Source of the DNA: Dehalococcoidia bacterium
Lineage (GTDB): Bacteria; Chloroflexota; Dehalococcoidia; Lucifugimonadales; UBA2985
Reading direction: 5' to 3'
Assembly: GCA_963555975.3 (NCBI GenBank)
Contig: OY821663.2
Location: 1,785,278-1,849,277, forward strand
Length of the DNA: 64,000 bases
The translations under genes were made by a program, and so were the position numbers. Positions 8,133 through 21,000 of this stretch are shown here, piece after piece (within the stretch, counting starts at the first letter, position 1; every line of letters starts with the position of its first letter). Under the pieces are notes generated by a model that was not told where the DNA came from, searched no databases, and saw nothing but the letters and a program-made list of their open reading frames with translations.

Positions 8133-9896
8133 CTAACTCGCTCGCGGCAGCGTGAAGGTGAATGCGCTGCCCTCGCCCTCGCGGCTGTGCACTGTAATCT
8201 CGCTGCCGTGCGCCTGCACTATGTGCTTCACAATGGCAAGCCCCAAGCCGGTGCCTCCGCCCTGCCGCGAGCGGTCAACCTTGTAGAACCGCTCGAAGAT
8301 GTGGGGCAGGTGTCCCTCCGGTATGCCCACGCCGCTGTCTCTCACGCCTACCCGTATCATCTCCTCCTCCGGGTACGCGGACAGCGTCACCCAGCCGCTG
8401 CCGGGCGTAAACTTCAGCGCGTTATCCAGCAGGTTGGTCAGCACCTGCCGCAGCCGCTCCTCGTCACCCACCGCGCGGGGCAGCCGCTCCGGCGTGATCA
8501 CCTCGATTCGCACGTTCTTGTGGTCGGCGCGTTCCTGGAAGCTGCCCTTCACCTCGTCCATGAGCAGCCGCAGGTCGACGGTGTGCAGCGAAAGCAACCC
8601 CTGCCGGCTGTCCAGCCGCGCCAGGTCAAGCAGGTCTTCCACCATCCTGCTCATGCGGTCGACCTCCCCGTTGATGCGGCGCACGAAGTCCCTGGCAACC
8701 TCCGCGTCGTCGAGCGCGCCGTTGTCCAGCGTCTCCACAATGGCTTTCACGGAGGCCAGCGGGCTGCGCAGCTCGTGCGATACGTTGGTCACGAACTCCC
8801 TGCGCGTGGTCTCCACCTGGTGCATACGGGTGAGATCGTGGATGGTCAGCAGCACCCACGTGTCCGCGGCCTCGACGATGGGCGTGGCAATTGCACCGAG
8901 ATAGCGGGCGGGCTGGTAAAGCTCCACCTCGCCGTGCTGCTGCTGCCCCGTTTCGAGGCACGCGGTCACCAGGCGGTTCAGGTCGAAGTCCCGCACCACC
9001 TCAGGGAACCTCATGCCGATTGGCTCCGGCTCTCGCACGCCCAGCATCTCCAGGCCCGCGCTGTTCACCAGCTCCGTCCGCTCCTCCGGGCCGATGAGCG
9101 CAACGCCGTCCGCCATCGTCTCCAGCACCGCGGAGAGCTTGTCGCGCTCGCCCGACAGCTCCTGCACCATCTGCCTGAGAGACGAGGCCATGCTGTTGAA
9201 GGCGTCCGCGAGGTCTCGCGTCTCGTCCGAGGAGAGCGCCTCTACGCGGTGGTCAAGGTCGCCGAGCGCCACCTGGCGCGCCGCCTCGGTCACGCTGCGC
9301 ACGGAGCGCGACGTGCGCCGCGCCAGATAGTAGCCCAGCGCAAGCGAGAGCAAAGACACCACCACGGCGGAAATGAGGATGGTGGCGATTATGCGGTTGA
9401 CGTTTGAGCGGATGGCGGACGTGGGTATGGCAACCCTTGCCACGCCCACAAGCTCCCCCTCCGACGTGATTGGCGCGGCGGTGTACAGAAGCTCCTGCCC
9501 CAGAGTGGCGCTGACCCGCGTGCTCCAGCTTGTGCCGCCCAGCAGCGCGTCCCGCACCTCCGGGCGCTGCGACTGGTTCTGTAGCTGCTCCGGCGACTCC
9601 CACGTGTCCACGAGCACGTTGCCGTCAAGGTCGATGACCGTGACCCGCGCGTCGATGAGGCTGCCCACGCGCTCGCCCGTCTCGCGCAGGCCGTCCACCT
9701 GCGGCTCCCCATCAAAGAACGGCGCCAGGCTCTCCGCCGCCAGCACCGCCTCTCGCTCCAGCCGCTCCTCCAGCCCCGTCACGTACGTGCCGCGCACAAA
9801 GCTGACCAGATAGACGCTCACCGCGCCCATTGACACTATGATGAGTACGGTGTAGGAGAGTACGATGCGCCACTGGAGACTGTGCAGTAGGTTCAT
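8133..9896 (-). CDS. phoR: sensor histidine kinase, PhoR-like (TM-HAMP-PAS-HisKA-HATPase)
   Basis: H-box VSHELRSPLASV, N box LLDNALKFT and G boxes DSGVGIP and GGTGLGLAIV, with two N-terminal TM segments. There is an ATGA overlap with the upstream response regulator, and the gene sits next to the pst operon. Confidence 0.8.
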   Translation of the reverse strand: MNLLHSLQWRIVLSYTVLIIVSMGAVSVYLVSFVRGTYVTGLEERLEREAVLAAESLAPFFDGEPQVDGLRETGERVGSLIDARVTVIDLDGNVLVDTWESPEQLQNQSQRPEVRDALLGGTSWSTRVSATLGQELLYTAAPITSEGELVGVARVAIPTSAIRSNVNRIIATILISAVVVSLLSLALGYYLARRTSRSVRSVTEAARQVALGDLDHRVEALSSDETRDLADAFNSMASSLRQMVQELSGERDKLSAVLETMADGVALIGPEERTELVNSAGLEMLGVREPEPIGMRFPEVVRDFDLNRLVTACLETGQQQHGEVELYQPARYLGAIATPIVEAADTWVLLTIHDLTRMHQVETTRREFVTNVSHELRSPLASVKAIVETLDNGALDDAEVARDFVRRINGEVDRMSRMVEDLLDLARLDSRQGLLSLHTVDLRLLMDEVKGSFQERADHKNVRIEVITPERLPRAVGDEERLRQVLTNLLDNALKFTPGSGWVTLSAYPEEEMIRVGVRDSGVGIPEGHLPHIFERFYKVDRSRQGGGTGLGLAIVKHIVQAHGSEITVHSREGEGSAFTFTLPRAS

Positions 9897-10591
9897 GCCT
9901 CGAACCGGTAGCCGACGCCTCGGATGGTGATGATCTTCCGGGGACTCCCAGGCTCCGCCTCAATCTTCTCCCTCAGCCAGCGCACATGCACGTCCACCGT
10001 GCGGCTGTCTCCGATGTAGTCGTAGCCCCACAGCCGTTCGAGAATCTGGTCACGCGTGAAGGCGCGCCCCTTGTTGGACACGAGCAGCGCCAGCAGCTCG
10101 AACTCGCGCGGCTTGAGGTCGAGCGGATTGCCGGCCACCTTTGCCGTGTGACCCGTCAGGTCGATTTCGACGTCGCCCGCCCTGAGCACGGTGTTGCCCG
10201 CGGCTGCGGCGGCCTCCGCGCCCATGCCGGAGCGGCGCAGCATTGCGCGAACGCGCGCCAGCAGCTCCCTCATGCTGAAGGGCTTGGTCACGTAGTCGTC
10301 GGCGCCAAGCTCCAGGCCAACCACCCGGTCGATCTCCTCGCCCTTGGCCGTGAGCATGAGTATGGGCGTGGTGGCCTCGCGGCGCAGGATGCGGCAGACC
10401 TCCAGCCCGTCCAGACCGGGGAGCATGACGTCCAGCACTATGACATCCGGCGAGTCCTCTCTTGCAAGCCGCAGGCCGCCCTCGCCGTTCGTTGCGGTGA
10501 GCACGGAAAAGCCCTCGCGCTCCAGGCTGTACCGCAGGGCTTCGAGAAGGTTCTCCTCGTCCTCGATGACCAGCACCCTCTGCTCAGGCAA
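9893..10591 (-). CDS. phoP: OmpR/PhoB-family response regulator
   Basis: Receiver domain (VLVIEDE...VLDVMLPGLDG...LTAKG) plus a winged-helix output domain (LTGHTAKVAGNPLDLKPREFELL...RGVGYRF). Confidence 0.85.
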   Translation of the reverse strand: MPEQRVLVIEDEENLLEALRYSLEREGFSVLTATNGEGGLRLAREDSPDVIVLDVMLPGLDGLEVCRILRREATTPILMLTAKGEEIDRVVGLELGADDYVTKPFSMRELLARVRAMLRRSGMGAEAAAAAGNTVLRAGDVEIDLTGHTAKVAGNPLDLKPREFELLALLVSNKGRAFTRDQILERLWGYDYIGDSRTVDVHVRWLREKIEAEPGSPRKIITIRGVGYRFEA

Positions 10592-10612
10592 GGCGGCCTC
10601 CCCGCGTGGGGT

Positions 10613-10688
10613 TGGTCGGGGCGACTGGACTTGAACCAGCGACCTCCACGTCCCGAACGTGGCGCGCTTCCGACTGCGCTACGCCCCG
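10613..10688 (-). tRNA. tRNA-Pro (anticodon CGG), CCA encoded
   Basis: Hand-folded cloverleaf. Acceptor CGGGGCG/CGCCCCG, D stem GCGC/GCGC, anticodon stem CCACG/CGTGG with loop TTCGGGA, and T arm GCTGG-TTCAAGT-CCAGT. Confidence 0.9.
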
Positions 10689-10705
10689 ACGCCTCTATTA
10701 TACGC

Positions 10706-11671
10706 TTACTTTGCGGCGGATTCTACGCCCTCCGCTAAACTCCCCGGCCGCGCCGTGCCGCCGGACGGCTGCGGGAGCGGTATGTCGGCCCCGTACATGT
10801 CGTGCAGCACGTCCAGAAACGCCTGCACGCCCGCGCCGTAGTGCTGCGCGCGGCGCACCATGACGGCGGTGGGCAGCGATACGGAGTGGCCCTCCCGCAA
10901 GGGCACAACGCTAAGGCTGCCGCGCTCCAATTCGTGGTGGATGCTGCTGCGGGGCAGGAACGATATGCCGATTCCAAGTTCCACCATGTGCTTGGTGGCC
11001 TCTATGCTGTCCAGCGTCATCTCCACCCTGGGGGATATGCCCGCCTCCCGGCACACCTGCCCTATCAGCACGAAGTAGGTGGAGTCGCGGTCGTACAGGA
11101 TTAGCGGCTCGCGGGCCACGTCGTAGATGCTGGCCTCGCCGCTCACGGCGAAGGGATGGTCGGGCGCGGTCACCAGGCAGATGTCTTCGTCGTACAGGTG
11201 GATGGTAAGCACGTCCGGGTCGGTGAGAACGCGGCACAGCCCCACCTGCGCCTCCTCGTCCGCCACCATGCGCAGCACGTCGGACGACCGGCCGACGCTG
11301 ACGTGCACCTTGATTTCGGGGTACTTGCGCCGGAACCTGTCGAGTATGGTGGGCAGCGTGTAGGTGCCGATGGCCCGCGCAGTCGCTATCTGGAGCACGC
11401 CGCCGGACGCGCCGCGCGTGGTATCGACAACCTCGCGGCCCTGCCGCAGCGCCTCGATGGCGCGCTCCGTGTACGGGCGAAACGCCCTGCCCATCTCCGT
11501 AAGGCGCACGCCGCGCCCCATGCGATGGAACAGCGGCACGCCAAGCTCAACCTCCAGCGCGTGCACTCTCGCGCTCAGCGACGGCTGCGAGAGGTACAGC
11601 GCCTCCGCCGCCCGCCGAAAGCTGCCGCGCTCCGCAGCCGCCAGAAACGCCTCAAGCTGCGCCAACTCCAT
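10706..11671 (-). CDS. LysR-family transcriptional regulator
   Basis: Starts at the internal ATG (11671), giving [40 protein letters not shown] (LysR HTH) followed by a substrate-binding domain. It is divergent from aceA. Confidence 0.85.
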   Translation of the reverse strand: MELAQLEAFLAAAERGSFRRAAEALYLSQPSLSARVHALEVELGVPLFHRMGRGVRLTEMGRAFRPYTERAIEALRQGREVVDTTRGASGGVLQIATARAIGTYTLPTILDRFRRKYPEIKVHVSVGRSSDVLRMVADEEAQVGLCRVLTDPDVLTIHLYDEDICLVTAPDHPFAVSGEASIYDVAREPLILYDRDSTYFVLIGQVCREAGISPRVEMTLDSIEATKHMVELGIGISFLPRSSIHHELERGSLSVVPLREGHSVSLPTAVMVRRAQHYGAGVQAFLDVLHDMYGADIPLPQPSGGTARPGSLAEGVESAAK

Positions 11672-11738
11672 CTCGTCTACCTCCGGGGCCGACCGGCCCA
11701 AGCCTCTCGTTCGGTCTCGCCCACCTCGCGGCTCAGCG

Positions 11739-11804
11739 ATAGGCAACTTCTATCACCGCTATAGGAAAGGCTGCTCTTGTATTATATCTCATGGAGGCTA
11801 TACT
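11739..11804 (+). promoter_or_regulatory. Candidate LysR box (ATAG-N7-CTAT, T-N11-A type) and aceA promoter (TTGTAT-16-TATACT)
   Basis: ATAGGCAACTTCTAT lies at 11739-11753. TTGTAT is at 11777-11782 and TATACT at 11799-11804. These are sequence patterns only. Confidence 0.35.
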
Positions 11805-11873
11805 GGTACAGAGGCAGAGAACAGCCAATTGTTCAGCAATCACGGGAAAGCAACAGGGATAAGGAGGCAGGAC

Positions 11874-13166
<1,293 letters not shown>

Positions 13167-13200
13167 GCCCCGGCAGCCGCAACGACGGTTCGAATGAGTG

Positions 13201-13235
13201 GGCGCCGGCCGCAGTGCGGCCGGCGCCCCTTTTCG
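13201..13235 (+). terminator. Rho-independent terminator downstream of aceA
   Basis: GC-rich stem GGCGCCGGCCGC-AGT-GCGGCCGGCGCC followed by CCTTTTC. Confidence 0.7.
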
Positions 13236-13495
13236 CGCGGGTGGACAGGCTCTGCGCGAGCGTCAGCCGCAGGGGCGGTTCGTGAACCGCTCAGGGAGAG
13301 CGGATTGGGGCCGTTCATGCTGAGCGTGTCGAAGCATTCGAGCGGGCGATAGCGTGGGCCGAAGAGCGCCCTGCGGGGTATGGCGGCGTCACGGGCTTCT
13401 GCAATGGACGCTCTTCTACGAGAGACGCGGCTGCACTGCCCGCTTGCAATCCACGCAACGCTGCATTAGCATTCTAGCTAGGAGGACGAACCGCG

Positions 13496-13894
13496 ATGAA
13501 ATCAAGCGTAAGAGCCAGATACGCCAACGGCGTCCTGACGCCATTGGAGCCGCTGGGGTTGGAAGAGGGTGCTGAGGTGACGGTGTCGCTGCAGGACAGC
13601 ATTGGCGAGGCGTCTGCGCCCAATCAGGAATCGGCCTCCGCAACCAATGACGGTGACGTCGTCTCCCAAGGCAAGTCCATTTACGACCGGAAGATACGCC
13701 ACGACGTGGAGGAATCGAGCCGGGGTGAGTTCGCCGTAATCGACATCAACACCGAAGACTACGAAATCGATCCCAGCCATGCCATTGCTAGCCGCCGCTT
13801 GGCGGAGCGTCACCCCGACGCTATTACCTACACGGTCCGCATCGGCAGCCGCACGACTTACAGGGCGGGGCTCCGGACTTGGGGCCTCAGCTAG
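13496..13894 (+). CDS. DUF104-like (AF2212-type antitoxin-like) N-terminal domain fused to an unknown C-terminal domain
   Basis: AGGAGG RBS. The N-terminus ARYANGVLTPLEPLGLEEGAEVTV matches my recollection of the DUF104 signature (YENGVxKPLEPxxLxEG). The C-terminus (GEFAVIDINTEDYEIDP...ERHPDAITYTVRIG) resembles small partners found next to retropepsin-like genes. Confidence 0.55.
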   Translation: MKSSVRARYANGVLTPLEPLGLEEGAEVTVSLQDSIGEASAPNQESASATNDGDVVSQGKSIYDRKIRHDVEESSRGEFAVIDINTEDYEIDPSHAIASRRLAERHPDAITYTVRIGSRTTYRAGLRTWGLS

Positions 13895-14274
13895 TGATCA
13901 CGGGGACGGTCACCAAGGATCTGGACATACTGGTCACGCTTGAAGTTGCTGACGGCAACGGGGTGTTCGTGCCGCTGGAAATCGTGCTGGACACGGGCTT
14001 CAATGGCGACCTCTCACTGCCCGCGCAAGTTATTCGCAGCCTCGGCCTGACCTATCGGGGCCGGATAACCTGCACCTTGGCAACCGGCGAAGAGGCGGCC
14101 TTGTCCAACTACGACGGCGTGGCACTCTGGCACGGGCAACAGCGCGACGTTGCGGTCATTGAAACAGGCGGCGAGGCGCTGCTTGGCATGGCCTTGCTCA
14201 TGGGAAGCAGGATCACCATCGACGCAAGGATGGGCGGCGAAGCCCTGATTGAGGAGAACCCGCCGACGGGGTGA
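13879..14274 (+). CDS. retropepsin-like (clan AA) aspartic protease, AF_0612/TIGR03698-like
   Basis: Catalytic D-T-G motif in VLDTGFNGDLSLP, and about 125 aa in size. An alternative GTG start at 13894 overlaps the upstream stop (TAGTG). Confidence 0.65.
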   Translation: MGPQLVITGTVTKDLDILVTLEVADGNGVFVPLEIVLDTGFNGDLSLPAQVIRSLGLTYRGRITCTLATGEEAALSNYDGVALWHGQQRDVAVIETGGEALLGMALLMGSRITIDARMGGEALIEENPPTG

Positions 14275-14282
14275 GCGCGCGA

Positions 14283-15254
14283 TCATTGCTCACGGCTCAT
14301 CTCCAACGCCAAGTATCGCTCTTCAAAGCGCGAGATCCACTGTCCAGCTAGGGACTTCCAGGCCGATACCACTTTGGCCAAGTCGAAAGATGAGAACGTA
14401 GCCGCGTCGCGCAAGAGATTACGATACCCCGCTATCGCATCTCGACAGTAGCGATCCTCAGGGTGATACACAACCGTCAAGCTGCCTTCTGCGTACTTCG
14501 ATATGGGCTGTCGCAGCATTGACCATGCGAGCAGATGGTCGCGCCATAGTTGATTGTGCTTCCGTTTAGCGACTTCCTTGCCGGCATCGGGTTGCCAGGG
14601 ACTATCAGGCGTCATCCAACGCCGATACTCTTGCTTGTCATAGACTTTGTCAGAGAACGGCTCGCTCAACTTCGTTTCGATTCCGATGAATCCGGTCTGG
14701 TCATTTTGGGTTTCGTACTCGATGAACGCATCGAATGCCGTGAGATCGCGATCGCCCAAGTACTCGGCCGACGGTGTCGGCGCCCATTCGAAGTGTACGC
14801 CGGTCACACGCGCGATGTGCTTTCCCCATAGGGCACGCACTAGCGTCGTTGCAAGTTCGAGATCGCCGGCAAGCTCACCGAACAGATTGAAGCACATCGG
14901 TTGACTTGACAGCATGTTTCGCATCAGCCGAAAGGGCTCTACCACTCCCGTGCCTTCGGCGACCCGTTGCTTGACTTGGTCAAATATGCCTGGTGTCAGG
15001 AAGTTGAGTCCATCCGCCGCAGCATGCTCAGACAGCATGTTCCCGAAGTAGGTGTGAGAATGTCGGAAGGGCCCGGTACCGTACGGTACCATTAGCACAC
15101 GAGCCCTGTACCAACTCTGATGCCAACGCATCCGCCTCGCGAAATTTTTATCGCTCTTCGATTGGGGCCCAATGTCAAATCCTTCGCCTTGCGTTTCACT
15201 AGTCACAGCGCACCTTCTTGTAGCTACGAGAGTGTCATCTAGGATATCCGACAT
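14283..15254 (-). CDS. hypothetical protein with PD-(D/E)XK-like motif (putative orphan nuclease)
   Basis: 323-aa ORF that is visibly AT-richer than its surroundings. The pattern FDAFIEY...GFIGIETKLSE fits D...E-x-K of the restriction-endonuclease fold. There is no adjacent methyltransferase. Confidence 0.4.
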   Translation of the reverse strand: MSDILDDTLVATRRCAVTSETQGEGFDIGPQSKSDKNFARRMRWHQSWYRARVLMVPYGTGPFRHSHTYFGNMLSEHAAADGLNFLTPGIFDQVKQRVAEGTGVVEPFRLMRNMLSSQPMCFNLFGELAGDLELATTLVRALWGKHIARVTGVHFEWAPTPSAEYLGDRDLTAFDAFIEYETQNDQTGFIGIETKLSEPFSDKVYDKQEYRRWMTPDSPWQPDAGKEVAKRKHNQLWRDHLLAWSMLRQPISKYAEGSLTVVYHPEDRYCRDAIAGYRNLLRDAATFSSFDLAKVVSAWKSLAGQWISRFEERYLALEMSREQ

Positions 15255-15424
15255 TTGGAGAGCGGAGTGTTTCTAGGGCATCCCAATCGGGATAGTAGCA
15301 CAACACTCGCAACGTTCTCTTTGGTAAACCAGGCACGTTCCTTCATGCAGTGCGCTTCTAGGCGTCACACGACAATCCACCTTGCCTTGCCCGCGGTGAT
15401 GTTGCAGGCATATGCCTCCCCCCC

Positions 15425-17893
<2,469 letters not shown>

Positions 17894-18033
17894 TTTCGAT
17901 ACTCCGTAGAAGGCTTGCGCCATTATAGGGTTTCGACAGAAGCGCCGCAACGAGACGGCGCTGCTCCTCGCGGTTGACACGGCGCGCCCTGCAAGCTAGC
18001 CTATGGGCGTACACAAACGCCCGGAGGCGCCCC

Positions 18034-18453
18034 ATGATCATCGTGAAGAAACTGACCGCCCTGTATCTCATACTGCTTGGCCTTGTAGTGGGCGGCCACT
18101 TCATCGCCACGCAGCTATACGACCCCACGCTGGAAGGCACAGCGCTGGAAGTCTGGCGAATACTCGACCCGCTCATGATTGTGGGAGTGGCGATTGCGAT
18201 GCTGTCGGCGCTGTTCCGCAAGCTGGAGGACGGCGACGGCGCCTACACGATGGGCGTCAGCCGCGAGTACCTGGAGGCCAACTTTGCCTTCTACGCCTCC
18301 ACAGCGTTGCTGCTCCTGCTCACGTGGAACTGGCTGGGCTTCCAGTTCTCGGAGCCGCAGAATGACTTGCCGTGGCTCTGGCTCATCGTCGACGCAGTGG
18401 TGCCGCTGGTTGTGCTCTCTGCCGGCTTCCGCATGATGCGCGGCGAGGACTAG
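18034..18453 (+). CDS. hypothetical integral membrane protein (about 4 TM)
   Basis: ATG at 18034 is preceded by GGAGG. It has four hydrophobic segments. Confidence 0.5.
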   Translation: MIIVKKLTALYLILLGLVVGGHFIATQLYDPTLEGTALEVWRILDPLMIVGVAIAMLSALFRKLEDGDGAYTMGVSREYLEANFAFYASTALLLLLTWNWLGFQFSEPQNDLPWLWLIVDAVVPLVVLSAGFRMMRGED

Positions 18454-18467
18454 TCCGCGCAGCCGTC

Positions 18468-19307
18468 ATGTCCCTGATAATTCTGGAGGCCTTCGGTCAG
18501 CTCTCCAGAAGGAGGAGTCCGCTCAGCAGGCACTCAAATTCCGAGGAGGATCTCTACAGCGTCTTCCATGCGCGGGCAGAACTGATGGGTTGGTCCACCA
18601 GTTCCGCAGGCACTCCGCTATACTGGGGAATGAACGAAGCGGAGTTGACCGCCGGGACTGACGACCCCCGGATCGGATGGGTGCAGGTTGGGCCGGAGAC
18701 CTTTGAAGTGGATTCCCCCGGCGACTTCCAACCGGCCGAACCTCCGCGGGAGCCGTATGTCGGCGTTCGCTACGCAGACCGCGGTGGCCACTGGCGTGCC
18801 ATTGAGCCGGCGACGTTCCTACTGCCGTTGACCGAGTGCCTGGTCGATGCCCTGGGCCGCTTTGGGGATGTCTCGTTGACCGGGTTCCAGGTGATGGTAA
18901 ACTACATCTATCCGAGGGCGGCAGCAAGAGAAGTCACCCCTATGTCCGGGCTCAACTGGTTTAACGTCAGCCCGGAGCCCCCATCGCAGGCTCTCATCTC
19001 ATTCGACCAGGGCTTTCTCGGAGGGCAAAGCGAGGCCAGGTTGGAGCGAGTCCTAAGCAGCAAGAATTTCAGAGCGTTCAAGTTCGGACCGCTGCTGGCC
19101 GTGCCGGACGCCCTCGCGGTCAGGGCGCCAGCCGAGTATCCGATTAGCTCAGTCACACCGGCGCGTTCCGGCCTCGGCCTGTCGGTTACGCTGCCTGAGT
19201 GGACTGCGAGCGCCGCAGGGTGGGCGTTGGCAGAGGTCATCAACACGGCGCTCGGCATTGCCCCCGATGTCAGACACTTCACGCTTCGATTGTCGCGCGT
19301 GGACTGA
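18468..19307 (+). CDS. hypothetical protein (279 aa)
   Basis: Long ORF with slightly lower GC. No recognisable motifs. Confidence 0.4.
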   Translation: MSLIILEAFGQLSRRRSPLSRHSNSEEDLYSVFHARAELMGWSTSSAGTPLYWGMNEAELTAGTDDPRIGWVQVGPETFEVDSPGDFQPAEPPREPYVGVRYADRGGHWRAIEPATFLLPLTECLVDALGRFGDVSLTGFQVMVNYIYPRAAAREVTPMSGLNWFNVSPEPPSQALISFDQGFLGGQSEARLERVLSSKNFRAFKFGPLLAVPDALAVRAPAEYPISSVTPARSGLGLSVTLPEWTASAAGWALAEVINTALGIAPDVRHFTLRLSRVD

Positions 19308-19578
19308 CCTCAAGCCCGGTACTCGCAGGAATGCAGGCCCGCCAAGGCGGTTCCTCCGGCTCGCCACGAGCGGGGATGTCGGCCTCGACTGTGTAGCGGA
19401 CGAAGTGCGGCCGAGTAGATGCCCGCCTGCGCGGGCATGGGGTGTCCGCGGCTCCCCACTCTCGCCTCCGGCGGGAGTCCATCCCGCATACGCCCTGCTC
19501 AGGTATTGCGCAGCAATACCCCCGCAACTCCTTTACAAGGCAACCGGCTGAAAGTAGAATTGAACGCAGGGCGGAAGT

Positions 19579-19607
19579 TTGACACAAACTTCACAATCGC
19601 CTATAGT
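19579..19607 (+). promoter_or_regulatory. sigma70-type promoter for glnA (TTGACA-17-TATAGT)
   Basis: TTGACA at 19579-19584, a 17-nt spacer and TATAGT at 19602-19607, about 40 nt upstream of the glnA ATG. Confidence 0.6.
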
Positions 19608-19646
19608 CTACACTTTACCGAGACCCTTCGCGGGGGAAGCGCGCGC

Positions 19647-20984
19647 ATGACAGCAGAGAGGGAAGAGGCCCGGGAGTACGTCCTGGGCATGGTGCGCGAG
19701 CACGACGTCAAGTTCATTCGGCTCTGGTTCACCGACATCCTGGGCGCGCTAAAGGGGTTCGCCATCACCGCACAGGAGCTGCCGGAGGCGCTGGAGCGCG
19801 GGGTCGGCTTCGACGGGTCGTCAATCGAGGGGTTTGCACGCATAGACGAAAGCGACATGGTTGCCATGCCTGACCCGACCACGTTCCGGATCCTGCCCTG
19901 GCGCCCGCGCCAGAACGCCGTGGCGCGAATGTTCTGCGACATCCTCACGCCGCAGTGGCAGCCCTTTGAGGGTGACCCGCGCCACGTTCTCAAGCGCAAC
20001 CTGGAGCAAGCCTCCGCCCTTGGCTACACCTACTACGTGGGCCCGGAGCTGGAGTACTTCTACTTTCGCAGCTCGGAAGGCACGGACGTGCTCGACGAGG
20101 GCGGCTACTTCGACCAGACGCCGCTCGACCTCGCCACGGAGCTGCGCCGCGAGACGGTGCTCACGCTGGAGGAGATGGGCATTGCCGTGGAGTTCAGCCA
20201 CCACGAGGCCGCCACAAGCCAGCACGAAATCGACCTGCGCTACTCGGACGCCCTCACGATGGCCGACAACGTGATGACGCAGCGGCTCGTAATCAAAGAG
20301 GTCGCCATGCGAAACGGCCTCTACGCAACCTTCATGCCCAAGCCAATCGCCAACGTGAACGGCAGCGGGATGCACGTTAACCAGTCGCTCTTCAAGGGCG
20401 AGACCAACGCCTTCTACGACGCCGAAAGCGGCTCCCACCTCTCGCCGCTCGCGCTGTCGTTCGTGGCCGGGCTTATGCACCACGCGCCCGCGATAACGGC
20501 CGTCACCAACCAGTGGGTCAACTCCTACAAGCGGCTCATAGTCGGCTACGAGGCGCCGGTCTACATCTCCTGGGCCAGCGTGAACCGCTCAGACCTGATC
20601 CGCGTCCCCGCCTACAAGGAGGGCCGCGAGGACTCCGTGCGAATCGAGTACCGCGCGCCGGATCCCGCCTGCAACCCCTACCTCGCGTTCGCCGTCATGC
20701 TCGCCGCCGGCCTGGACGGCGCGGAGCGCGGACTGCCCGCGCCTGACCCCGTCGAGGAAAACGTCTTCGGCATGACGAACGAGGAGCGCCAGCGCAGGGG
20801 CATCGAAACGCTGCCCGGCAGCCTCCGCGAGGCCATCCTCCTCACGGAGAGCAGCGACCTGGTGCGCCGCACGCTGGGCGACCACGTGTTCAACAGCTTC
20901 ATACGCAACAAGAAGATCGAGTGGAGCCAGTACCAGGCGCAGGTGACCAACTACGAACTCAAGAGATACCTGCCGATTCTGTAG
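19647..20984 (+). CDS. glnA: glutamine synthetase, type I
   Basis: 445 aa. N-terminal beta-grasp ([22 protein letters not shown]), a catalytic domain (GSGMHVNQS) and an NRSDLIRVP region. Confidence 0.95.
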   Translation: MTAEREEAREYVLGMVREHDVKFIRLWFTDILGALKGFAITAQELPEALERGVGFDGSSIEGFARIDESDMVAMPDPTTFRILPWRPRQNAVARMFCDILTPQWQPFEGDPRHVLKRNLEQASALGYTYYVGPELEYFYFRSSEGTDVLDEGGYFDQTPLDLATELRRETVLTLEEMGIAVEFSHHEAATSQHEIDLRYSDALTMADNVMTQRLVIKEVAMRNGLYATFMPKPIANVNGSGMHVNQSLFKGETNAFYDAESGSHLSPLALSFVAGLMHHAPAITAVTNQWVNSYKRLIVGYEAPVYISWASVNRSDLIRVPAYKEGREDSVRIEYRAPDPACNPYLAFAVMLAAGLDGAERGLPAPDPVEENVFGMTNEERQRRGIETLPGSLREAILLTESSDLVRRTLGDHVFNSFIRNKKIEWSQYQAQVTNYELKRYLPIL

Positions 20985-21000
20985 CCGAGGAGTCAGTCCG

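Noticed and set aside
19540-19646. Possible glutamine riboswitch (glnA RNA motif) in the glnA leader, because of CGCAGGGCGGAAGU-like sequence.
   Set aside because: The similar sequence lies upstream of the predicted -35 element, so it would not be in the transcript. I also could not reconstruct the conserved three-stem/E-loop core by eye. It is more simply explained as a promoter region.
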